Source: Candidatus Gottesmanbacteria bacterium
Lineage (GTDB): Bacteria > Patescibacteriota > Microgenomatia > UBA10105 > UBA927
Assembly (NCBI GenBank): GCA_963714095.1
Contig: OY970230.1
Coordinates: 660,084 to 724,083, forward strand
Direction of reading: 5' to 3'
DNA: 64,000 nucleotides
In this document: positions 8,437-17,037 of the stretch, in pieces
Position numbering within the stretch: position 1 is the stretch's first letter
Layout: every line of letters starts with the position of its first letter
Translations under genes and position numbers: made by a program
The notes under the pieces: model-generated
Told to the model about the DNA's origin: nothing
Database searches by the model: none
Seen by the model: only the letters and a program-made list of their open reading frames with translations

Positions 8437-9448
8437 GGAGAATGGACAAATCAAATATGCCGTCTATCTGACCGGTTGATGTTGCGATAAAACCTTCATT
8501 GCGTGACCACGCAGAAAAGGAGGCGATGGAAGACATTGCGGGGTCGGTGCTGAACGACAAACGGTTCCAAGCATCGTCCAGTACATTTGTAGGGATTTGT
8601 TTTGATGTCAGTTTTTCTAATTCCTTGTTGACTGTGAGGCGCGCTTCTTCGGGATTATCAGTAATCCACTTTGTAATTTCTACCTGTGCCATGACCCATG
8701 AGCGGACGATTTGTGGATTCTCCTGTAAGAATTTTTTGCGGACAATGACAACAGTAGTGGAAAAGACGCCGTCCTTCCAGAGGCTCCGTTCATCGATGAT
8801 CCGTTTGCCGCCGGCTTCTGTCGTGAGAATTGTTGCCCACGGTTCGGGCGCCCATGCGCCGTCAATTTCCTTTTTTTGGAACAGCGGGACCTGGTCGGCG
8901 TTCGCAACAGGGATAATAGTGGTAGTTTTTTTCAGTCCCTCAACGGACAAATAATGCCGAAGGGATAGATCCTGTGTATTTCCCTGCTGCGGTGAGGCTA
9001 TCTTTTTGCCTTGTAAAGCCTGCGGACCAACGGATGCAAATGCAGCTGCAATATCCGGTTGCACGACAAGTGACGCCCCACCCAAGGCTGATCCGCTTAC
9101 AATGCGCACCTCCTGGCCGCCGGATTTTACATACCCGTTGATTGCCGGTCCGGGACCGATGTATCCGATATCAATCGAACCTGCAAATAATGCTTCAATT
9201 TCGGAGGGCCCTGCATTGAACACCTTCGTTTCTATCCGGATATTTTTGCCGAGATATTTTTGAAACGTTCCCTGTGAAAGCCCGATTATTGCCTGAGCGT
9301 GTGTTATGTTGGGGAAGTATCCAACCCTGACGATTGTTGTCTTGACCGGTTGTTTTGTCGCGGACCGCCGTATAGAGAAAAGATATGAGAACACGGCTAT
9401 TCCGAGAATCAAAATACCGATAACGGGAAACAGAATACTTTTTTTCAT
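8411..9448 (-). CDS. ABC transporter substrate-binding protein, NMT1/SsuA-like, with N-terminal membrane anchor
   Basis: N-terminal TM/signal, then SsuA/NMT1-type periplasmic binding-fold sequence (VRVGYFPNITHAQ...IGYIGPGPA). Confidence 0.65.
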   Translation of the reverse strand: MKKSILFPVIGILILGIAVFSYLFSIRRSATKQPVKTTIVRVGYFPNITHAQAIIGLSQGTFQKYLGKNIRIETKVFNAGPSEIEALFAGSIDIGYIGPGPAINGYVKSGGQEVRIVSGSALGGASLVVQPDIAAAFASVGPQALQGKKIASPQQGNTQDLSLRHYLSVEGLKKTTTIIPVANADQVPLFQKKEIDGAWAPEPWATILTTEAGGKRIIDERSLWKDGVFSTTVVIVRKKFLQENPQIVRSWVMAQVEITKWITDNPEEARLTVNKELEKLTSKQIPTNVLDDAWNRLSFSTDPAMSSIASFSAWSRNEGFIATSTGQIDGIFDLSILHEITGRSY

Positions 9449-9554
9449 GTGCGTATGTGTTTATAGAGTATCCACCGATAGAAAGTCAACTGTTCTGTTG
9501 AAATGATATTCTGTTATGGTATACCATACCTACCGTTGCTGTTCTATATAGAGT

Positions 9555-10532
9555 TTGTTTTGTATGAAACACACGTCATCAAAGATATCTGTGGTTATTG
9601 CAGGATTCGGGTATTGGGGAAAGATACTTGCGCGGGTGGTAGCAGGTATTCCGGACGTGAGAATCACGGGAATTACAGATCCGGGGATACGTGATTCGTC
9701 AGTAGATATAGGAAATTTTCGTATTCCTGTACTGCGGGATATGGATACAGTTTTAAAAGATGAGGGTATTAACGCTGTCATGATTTCCTCCCCCGCTCAA
9801 AGCCATTTCGATATTGCACAAGAGGCGCTTATTCACAAGAAACACGTTTTTATAGAAAAACCGATGACACTTTCTTCCCGTGATGCAAAGATGCTTGTTA
9901 TTCTTGCACAAAAAAATAACCGCGTGTTTCTTGTTGATCATACGTATATATATTCCGATGCAATCGCGCAGATGAAACGCATGATAGCCCGCGGGGATAT
10001 TGGGGCTGTATATACCATGGAGAGTGTTCGGATGAATTGGGGGACGCAGCGCCCCGACTGTTCTGTAGTGTGGGATTTGGCGGCGCATGATGTTGCCATA
10101 TACCGATATTTTTTTGGTCCGCCCACAAGGGTCCGGGCAACAGGATTTCAGTACGGCCGCGTCGGGTTTCCGAATCGGGCGACAGTCTATCTGGGGAATA
10201 GACACGGAATATCGGGCATATGCGATGTCAGTTGGGTGTATCCGAAAAAAATCCGCCTTTTAACACTCATCGGGACGAAAGGATGTTTGGTCATGGATGA
10301 AATAGAATTGAAAGGGAAAATTAAAATGTACAGGAATGGATCCGTCGAAAAAACTATTGATTCGGATGACGCCCTGAAGGAACCGCTTCGCCGCGCGTGC
10401 GAAGATTTTGCCGCGTGTATACAAGAAGGTAGAACACCGCGTGTGTCCGGAACAGACGGAGCCGCCGTAGTTTCCGTTCTGGAGGCGGCCGACCGGTCGC
10501 TTACCGGGCCACAGGAATGGGAGGAACTATGA
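9555..10532 (+). CDS. Gfo/Idh/MocA family NAD(P)-dependent sugar oxidoreductase (WbpB-like)
   Basis: N-terminal Rossmann motif VVIAGFGYWGKI; family consensus EKP (FIEKPM); 16-nt overlap with downstream aminotransferase. Confidence 0.75.
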   Translation: MFCMKHTSSKISVVIAGFGYWGKILARVVAGIPDVRITGITDPGIRDSSVDIGNFRIPVLRDMDTVLKDEGINAVMISSPAQSHFDIAQEALIHKKHVFIEKPMTLSSRDAKMLVILAQKNNRVFLVDHTYIYSDAIAQMKRMIARGDIGAVYTMESVRMNWGTQRPDCSVVWDLAAHDVAIYRYFFGPPTRVRATGFQYGRVGFPNRATVYLGNRHGISGICDVSWVYPKKIRLLTLIGTKGCLVMDEIELKGKIKMYRNGSVEKTIDSDDALKEPLRRACEDFAACIQEGRTPRVSGTDGAAVVSVLEAADRSLTGPQEWEEL

Positions 10533-11635
10533 CACGAATACTTTTAGTCAATGTTGAGAGACAGTATACCGAATGCCGTCGTGAAATTGATGCTGCATAT
10601 CATCGGGTGGCGCATTCCGGTTCTTATATACTGGGAGCCGAAGTCACCGCATTTGAACAGGAGTTTGCTCATTACTGCGGAACTGACTACGCAGTAGGCG
10701 TGGCATCGGGATACGATTCATTAATATTGGCACTGCGCGCATTGGGAATAGGAGCGGGCGATGAAGTCATTACGGTATCCCATACGTTTATTTCGACTGT
10801 TTTGGCAATCCTTGCAGTTGGTGCGGTACCTATTTTGGTGGACGTTGACCCCAAGACGCTTCTTATGGATTGCTTGCAAATAAAGAAAAAGATTACATCC
10901 AAAACAAAAGCCATACTTCCGGTGCATCTCTATGGTAATGTCGTGGATATGGATTCTGTTATGGCAATTGCCCGGACCCATCATTTATTTATTGTTGAAG
11001 ATGCGTGCCAATCGCACGGGTCGTTGTATAAAGGGAAACATGCCGGCAGCATTGGTGATATCGGGTGTTTTTCGTTTTACCCGAGTAAAAATTTAGGAGC
11101 CATAGGCGACGGGGGTGTACTCGTTACGAATTCATCCCGCGTCGCAACGCGGGTAAAAATATTGCGGAATGTCGGCCAGCAAAAAAAATATCTGCATGTC
11201 ATCCGGGGATATAACAGCAGGTTAGATGCACTGCAGGCGGCGATTCTTCGCGTGAAACTCCGTCATCTAGATGAGTGGAATAAACAGCGCAGAATGATTG
11301 CCGCCACATATCGCGCAGCGTTTGCGCACCTACCCGTCCGGTGTGTTGAAGTACCAAAAAATGTACAGCCGAATTATCACCAGTTTGTCATAGAACTCCC
11401 CCGTCGGGAAAGGCTTGCGCGATACCTGGCGGAACGCGGTATTGATACCGGAATTCACTATCCTATCCCCATTCATTTACAGCCATGCATGAAATCGTTA
11501 GGGCTCCGGCGCGGGGATCTCCCCGCCACAGAAGCATGTGCCGCACACATCCTCTCCCTTCCGATGTTTCCGCAGCTGACGCCTCATGAGATAAAACGGG
11601 TAACTACGTCGATTCGAACATTTTTTCAGAGATGA
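10517..11635 (+). CDS. DegT/DnrJ/EryC1/StrS family PLP-dependent sugar aminotransferase (WbpE-like)
   Basis: Family-typical blocks LPVHLYGNVVDMDSVMAIARTHHLFIVEDACQSHGS and FSFYPSKNLGAIGDGGVLVT, including the PLP-lysine region. Confidence 0.85.
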   Translation: MGGTMTRILLVNVERQYTECRREIDAAYHRVAHSGSYILGAEVTAFEQEFAHYCGTDYAVGVASGYDSLILALRALGIGAGDEVITVSHTFISTVLAILAVGAVPILVDVDPKTLLMDCLQIKKKITSKTKAILPVHLYGNVVDMDSVMAIARTHHLFIVEDACQSHGSLYKGKHAGSIGDIGCFSFYPSKNLGAIGDGGVLVTNSSRVATRVKILRNVGQQKKYLHVIRGYNSRLDALQAAILRVKLRHLDEWNKQRRMIAATYRAAFAHLPVRCVEVPKNVQPNYHQFVIELPRRERLARYLAERGIDTGIHYPIPIHLQPCMKSLGLRRGDLPATEACAAHILSLPMFPQLTPHEIKRVTTSIRTFFQR

Positions 11636-12228
11636 AGTTTATATATCGGACAGGAATTATTCTCTGTTTTCTTTTAGCAGCTCCTATTATGGGGGGTATC
11701 GCTTTTGTTGTTGCCGTGACCTCGGGTTTTCCTGTTTTTTTCCGCCAGAAGCGGGTCGGAAAAGACGGGAAACCCTTTATCATGTACAAATTCCGCACCA
11801 TGGTCAGAGGCTCTGAGGGGAAGCAGAAAAATTTGGAGAAATTCAACGAAGCGCATGGCCCCGTGTTTAAGCTGTATAATGACCCACGATATACCGGTTT
11901 CGGTAAATTCCTTGCTCACATTGGTTTTGATGAATTGCCCCAGTTGTACAACGTCCTACGGGGCGACATGGCACTTCTGGGACCCCGTCCCCTACCTGTT
12001 GCAGAAGAGCGGAAATTAGCGCCATGGCAAAAAGAGCGGGAGCAAATTCTCCCCGGGATTATTTCCCCCTGGATTTTGGAAGGGTATCACCGGACGACCT
12101 TTGATGCGTGGATGCGAAGTGACATTGCGTATAGAAAAAACAAAAGTTTTTGGTATGATACCCGGCTGTGTGCGCGTATGATCTTCTATATGGTCTCCCT
12201 CATCGGACACGAGATTGCCGGCGGGTGA
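11632..12228 (+). CDS. small phosphoglycosyl (sugar) transferase, PglC-like (second copy)
   Basis: YKFRTMVRGSE...FDELPQLYNVLRGDMALLGPRPLPVAE is the canonical Bac_transf motif; N-terminal TM; 4-nt overlap with the aminotransferase. Confidence 0.85.
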   Translation: MKFIYRTGIILCFLLAAPIMGGIAFVVAVTSGFPVFFRQKRVGKDGKPFIMYKFRTMVRGSEGKQKNLEKFNEAHGPVFKLYNDPRYTGFGKFLAHIGFDELPQLYNVLRGDMALLGPRPLPVAEERKLAPWQKEREQILPGIISPWILEGYHRTTFDAWMRSDIAYRKNKSFWYDTRLCARMIFYMVSLIGHEIAGG

Positions 12229-12285
12229 GCGTTTCTTCTCTATCTTGCACAATTTGCCCGTCCGCGATAGAGTGAGAATAGCACT

Positions 12286-12885
12286 ATGGAAACGAATTCC
12301 AAATGGAAGTATATATTGTTGAGCATCGGAGCATTTTTCGTTATCATCGTTATCGTGTATCTGCGCGTTGCCGCAGACTATCATATTCCGTTAGTTTCGC
12401 TTCTCCCGTCGCTGCCATTTATGAAAAGTGCGCCCGTTGCGACGCCTACTCCCGGGGTGAAGCCGACGTCCGTGCAGCGGTTTACGTCATCCACAGGTAT
12501 GGTGTCGTATACCGTGCGGGGAAAATTTGTGACGACTCCGATTTATAATGAACAAAATGTGTTGCAAAGCGAATTTGTCATAGACCAGGATCCGTCCGCT
12601 CAAAAAATTCCGGTAATTATGACAATCAAAACAGGTAAAATTAACGTCGGCAGGTCCCAGGGAAACCTCAACGGCACGACCGTATGGAAGCTGGAAGATA
12701 CGGAAAGTCTGCGACAAAGTATCAAAGTTAATGCGCCAGTACAGCTACGGTTGCAACCTATCACACCTACGCTCACGCCATACGATCTGTCCGTAAAAGA
12801 AACGATGGATAGCGTTATGGCAGGGTATTGGTCTATACCGGACGATTTTGTACTCCATCCAATGATGGTGGGAGTGGTGCAATAA
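12286..12885 (+). CDS. hypothetical membrane-anchored (N-terminal TM) protein
   Basis: ORF with a single N-terminal hydrophobic helix YILLSIGAFFVIIVIVYL; no recognised domain. Confidence 0.4.
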   Translation: METNSKWKYILLSIGAFFVIIVIVYLRVAADYHIPLVSLLPSLPFMKSAPVATPTPGVKPTSVQRFTSSTGMVSYTVRGKFVTTPIYNEQNVLQSEFVIDQDPSAQKIPVIMTIKTGKINVGRSQGNLNGTTVWKLEDTESLRQSIKVNAPVQLRLQPITPTLTPYDLSVKETMDSVMAGYWSIPDDFVLHPMMVGVVQ

Positions 12886-12912
12886 ACAGGAACCTCAATT
12901 ATTGACAGTGCG

Positions 12913-15174
12913 GTGTATAATTGCTACTATAGGGTTATGTCGCCAATGCCGGAAATAAAATCACCACCTCCACCCGTTATTTGGGAAGCACAGTCAATCA
13001 ATGATATCTTCGGGGATCATGCAAAGCGGTCCAAAAGTAAGGTATCTCAAGGCTCTCCATATTCGCATGCCCAACATATTCATGAAACAATCGCGGCACA
13101 GCCATCTCAGCAATTGGAACAACCGCGGGTAGAATTTTACGGCTCGTCTCATAGCGGAAAAGGGCATACACTGTATGATGTCGGACAAACCCATCCCGCA
13201 CCGGAGGAACATTTTGTTGATACTGCAGCACATGAAAATGCATTGCAGATTGCGATAGCTGCACACCCATCTCTTCATGAGGCAATACAGACATTGCACG
13301 CTGTCGATTCTCACATTGATGCCGATGTGGGGTACTCCGCAGGGAAACTCATTGAAACGCTTCAAACTCAAGAAGGCAGCACTGCCTTTATGGATGTTGT
13401 TTCTCATTTAACCAACGGTGAGCGTGATGGTGTTGCAAAGCTTGAGAGAGCGGCGCTTGCCCAGATTGGACTGGACACGGTATTTGATCACGTACGCGAG
13501 ACATCTCCGAAAGGTACCATAAAAGCGATCAAAGAAACCGCCGAGCAGATTGTACAAACTATGCAATCTGATATATCTGTTTCTGAGGCGCAACAGGGAA
13601 CAGAACGTCTTGTCAATAATCTGCAAAGTTCCCATACGGCTACTGAAAATGCTGAATTGTCTGCTATTCTGGCTGCCCTTGTTGCGGCTGAAGCGGTTTC
13701 GGTTAAAAAGCTTGGCTTGAAAAATACGATTGTCATCAATTCGTTGATAGCGCTGGCCGGGTGCAGCGCGGGTCCCGGTGTCCTGTCACAGGAACGGACG
13801 GCTACTGCACGCCCGCTTCTTACGGAATCAGCGATGGACTTAACCCTGACCGGTAATTTTTCCCATCTGGACGTCAGCAGTCCAACGAGCGCCATGCAAA
13901 TGATGGATACGCTGAAGAATTTTTATGAAACCCAGCGTCCGACCGCGGATTTTTCAACGGTAACCCTGTCCTATATTCACATACAGAATCCAAACAACGG
14001 GTTTGGGTGGGAGGTAGCCGTCAGTTCTCCTGTTGCTACTCTAAGTACGACAGGTGAACCAATAGCTTTTATGACATATCGGAAGACGGACGGAACAATT
14101 GACATTATGACCGTCATTTGGACAGAGCAGGAACAGGAGCCCGGCGGCGTCGTGGGTTCGACACTGCGGACATTAGTGCCTGAAGGGGATAATATAGTGA
14201 AGGGGAATTTAGTGTTTGGTCTGAGTGCATTGCCTGGCGGGGGGACAGAGGTGACATTGTCCAATCCGGATAATCCGCAAGCCCCTCCCCAATTATTGAC
14301 GACAGAAAAACAGTATGCGCCTGTTGATCTTTTGCAGGCCATCGGGATAGTGCCGGCATCCGCCAAAGCAGCGGGGTTGGAATCGTCCCCGATAAGTGCA
14401 GTCCCGTCGGCGGATATGCTGGCGGCCACGTCCACTATTACTGCGACCTTGGAGCCAAGCATTACGCCCACGGCGACCCTGGAGCCAACCGCAACTCCGG
14501 AAGCGCTCGGCGGCGCCCAAGTAGCATATTTGTGGGAGAGTAATCAAGAACTCACATCACTGCCACAAAGCGTTATAGATCTTATTTCTTCGGATCCTAC
14601 GAATGTTAATAAGCCTATTGCCCCTGATTTTTGGAGTAATTATCCTACGGGTCTTTTTTATAGTGACGGAGCCACACCTTTTCCGTGGGGTAAATTTTTT
14701 GTCGAAAAATTCGGGAATCACATGCTCGTGGATATCCCTGTTTTATTTAGAGGCACTTTAGAAATACCCAGACCGGGGGGGGAAATCATCTTATTATTTG
14801 TTTTTGAGACTCCTGCGGCAGGCGGAACAAATGTGATAGTCTCACTGATGCATGACGGGCCTAATATGGGTTCTGTAGAAATAGATCATCTCAATAACGG
14901 CATACCTTCCAGTTGGGGTGGCACATGGGATAGTCCTGTAGATAGTTCAACTATTAGTCCAGGATTTACATTTACAGGTGTTGGCAACGGCAGAGAGATC
15001 GCTAATTTACTTAAAGCATATCAAGGCAAGACGATTATTGCCAGATTTGTAACAGACGAGGGCACTACTACCGCTTCCTGCCTTGAGAACGTCGTTCAAG
15101 GTAAGCTTTTGGGCCAGAATAGTCAGAAGATAGATGTTATTAACCCGCTTGGTGGCGTAATGCTTCCCAAATAA
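12913..15174 (+). CDS. large hypothetical protein (753 aa) with short TATLEP repeats; no recognised domain
   Basis: Long uninterrupted ORF; internal TPTATLEP/TATLEPTATPEA repeats; no N-terminal signal peptide seen from the listed start. Confidence 0.45.
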   Translation: MYNCYYRVMSPMPEIKSPPPPVIWEAQSINDIFGDHAKRSKSKVSQGSPYSHAQHIHETIAAQPSQQLEQPRVEFYGSSHSGKGHTLYDVGQTHPAPEEHFVDTAAHENALQIAIAAHPSLHEAIQTLHAVDSHIDADVGYSAGKLIETLQTQEGSTAFMDVVSHLTNGERDGVAKLERAALAQIGLDTVFDHVRETSPKGTIKAIKETAEQIVQTMQSDISVSEAQQGTERLVNNLQSSHTATENAELSAILAALVAAEAVSVKKLGLKNTIVINSLIALAGCSAGPGVLSQERTATARPLLTESAMDLTLTGNFSHLDVSSPTSAMQMMDTLKNFYETQRPTADFSTVTLSYIHIQNPNNGFGWEVAVSSPVATLSTTGEPIAFMTYRKTDGTIDIMTVIWTEQEQEPGGVVGSTLRTLVPEGDNIVKGNLVFGLSALPGGGTEVTLSNPDNPQAPPQLLTTEKQYAPVDLLQAIGIVPASAKAAGLESSPISAVPSADMLAATSTITATLEPSITPTATLEPTATPEALGGAQVAYLWESNQELTSLPQSVIDLISSDPTNVNKPIAPDFWSNYPTGLFYSDGATPFPWGKFFVEKFGNHMLVDIPVLFRGTLEIPRPGGEIILLFVFETPAAGGTNVIVSLMHDGPNMGSVEIDHLNNGIPSSWGGTWDSPVDSSTISPGFTFTGVGNGREIANLLKAYQGKTIIARFVTDEGTTTASCLENVVQGKLLGQNSQKIDVINPLGGVMLPK

Positions 15175-15236
15175 ATATTTTTTGTATTAAATTGAGTTGC
15201 ATAATATTCCTCAATGTTATACGGTAATATGAGTAT

Positions 15237-16973
15237 ATGTCATGCGGTTTGCCTCTAAAAAGCGTAACGAAAAAGTTGCTGAGGGTATTCTTTTTTATAG
15301 GTGTAGCTGTAGTTGCTGTGGCTATAGTTGGAAATAAGAATCCTGCTGCTGCTGATGTTTGTTACATGAACCTTGTGATTAGTGAACACCGATGTGTAGG
15401 GGTTATTCAAACTTGCACTTATTGGGAGTCAGCGTGCGTAGGACAGGAAGGGGGTGGCGACGGGAGTACAGCTGCCCAAGCAAAAGCTAACTGTGCAATC
15501 GGTTGTAGTGGTGTTTACGGGGTATATTGTGGAGATGCTTATTGTGTATCATATACAAATCCGACAGATTGTGAGGCACAGACTTTTACTGCAGCATGCG
15601 GATATAATCCTGTTACTAATGATTGTTCAACTGCAGTACAAATAGTAAGCTGCGAGGGTCAGGCGTCTGGTACTCCTTGCTCGGAAACTTCAACACCCTC
15701 AAAACGTGATTGTTGGGGGCCGGGACCGACGGACACACCCACAAACACACCCGCGCCAGGTACACCCACAGCTACACCCAAACCACCCACTCCCACCCCT
15801 ACGGCTACACCCATCCCTACGGCTACACCCATCCCTACGGCTACCCCCACTCCCACAGCCACTCCCACACCGGTACCCGGTACAATACGTGCGCGGGCGG
15901 TGCAGGTGAGCGACACGGATACCTCATGTGCCGCGGTAACCACGTCAAGTACCGGAATTGGCGGCGCTGTGCATCAGTTTACGCCGTCCTCCGCAAGCCA
16001 ACCCGCGCCCCAGACACAAAGCGGAAGCACGTATGTTACGTTTAACAGTTTGGTCCCGGGAATCTATACGATAAATTCCCAGACTCCTTCCCAGTATGTA
16101 TTTGCACGCGCATGCTGGTCCGACTCATTCAGCGGTATTTCGGGAGAAGGATATACTCAAACGCTGGGAGCGGGGGATACCGTTACCTGGAATTTGGGAT
16201 ATACGCTTGGCGTTGCATGGGTTCAGGCCCAGGGAGGCGATGTGAACGCATCGGGAACTCTGCAGTCGTTTGTGCCGGTGGGCGCTACCCCGCGGGCATT
16301 TATCCTGGACGGAACAGCGGGTGGGTATCCCGGAGTGGCTACGTACGGAACGGATTATACTTTTGACAGTAGCGGTGTCACAAATGGACAGGCGTGGGTG
16401 TCCAGTAAAAATTGGCTGGTGAAAGATACCACAACCGACACGAATTTTTACCAGCTTCTATACCAACAGTTCGGCTCACCGACGACGGCGGATTTTTCCG
16501 GCGGAAAGACGGTGAACGCACAATCAGAATTTTTCAATTTACCCCACCCCTCTCCGTATTATGTCACCGGCGCATTGACGGTTGACGGATCTGACTGGTC
16601 AGTTGGAGCAGGACAAACGATCGTTGTTTTCGTCAACGGAAATCTGACAATAAAAAGAAATATTAATATTACAGGAAGCGGATTTGCCGCGTTTATCGTT
16701 AACGGGAATATTACTGTTGATCCGTCTGTGGGGTCGCTTGAGGGCATCTACATCACGTCTCCCTCCGGTATATTTGATACCGGTACCGGAGCCGTTCGGC
16801 TTGTGGGGACCGGTTCGTTTGTTGCCGGTAATTTTACCCTGCAGCGCGATGTGGGCGATCTCTTAAATCCCACCACGTCATCGGAACTCTTTATCTATAA
16901 TCCGCAGCTGCTTCTGACGATGCCCGACCAAATGAAACAACTTTCAGTGCAATGGCAGGAAATTGCGCCGTAA
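15237..16973 (+). CDS. secreted/surface protein: signal anchor, Cys-rich module, Pro/Thr-repeat linker, C-terminal Gly/Thr-rich beta-rich domain
   Basis: N-terminal hydrophobic segment LLRVFFFIGVAVVAVAIVG-AAA; about 16 Cys in ~120 aa; (TPTA/TPIPTA)n linker; no catalytic motif. Confidence 0.55.
   Translation: MSCGLPLKSVTKKLLRVFFFIGVAVVAVAIVGNKNPAAADVCYMNLVISEHRCVGVIQTCTYWESACVGQEGGGDGSTAAQAKANCAIGCSGVYGVYCGDAYCVSYTNPTDCEAQTFTAACGYNPVTNDCSTAVQIVSCEGQASGTPCSETSTPSKRDCWGPGPTDTPTNTPAPGTPTATPKPPTPTPTATPIPTATPIPTATPTPTATPTPVPGTIRARAVQVSDTDTSCAAVTTSSTGIGGAVHQFTPSSASQPAPQTQSGSTYVTFNSLVPGIYTINSQTPSQYVFARACWSDSFSGISGEGYTQTLGAGDTVTWNLGYTLGVAWVQAQGGDVNASGTLQSFVPVGATPRAFILDGTAGGYPGVATYGTDYTFDSSGVTNGQAWVSSKNWLVKDTTTDTNFYQLLYQQFGSPTTADFSGGKTVNAQSEFFNLPHPSPYYVTGALTVDGSDWSVGAGQTIVVFVNGNLTIKRNINITGSGFAAFIVNGNITVDPSVGSLEGIYITSPSGIFDTGTGAVRLVGTGSFVAGNFTLQRDVGDLLNPTTSSELFIYNPQLLLTMPDQMKQLSVQWQEIAP
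15770..15880. repeat. in-frame tandem nucleotide repeat (approx. 18-24 nt units) encoding a PT-rich linker
   Basis: cctacggctacacccatc is repeated consecutively; the antisense frame gives the artefactual GVGVAVG ORF 15659..15943. Confidence 0.7.
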
Positions 16974-17037
16974 ACCAGCCCCGCGAATTATTGTCAATTT
17001 GACTTCATCCCAAGAAGGGTATATAGGGTTATAATGA

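Noticed and set aside
15659-16045. ORFs 15659..15943(-), 15706..15909(+), 15710..16045(+) with GVGVAVG / HPYGYTHPYGY repeats
   Set aside because: Alternative frames of the PT-repeat DNA inside the surface-protein gene; the repeat periodicity creates open frames on both strands.
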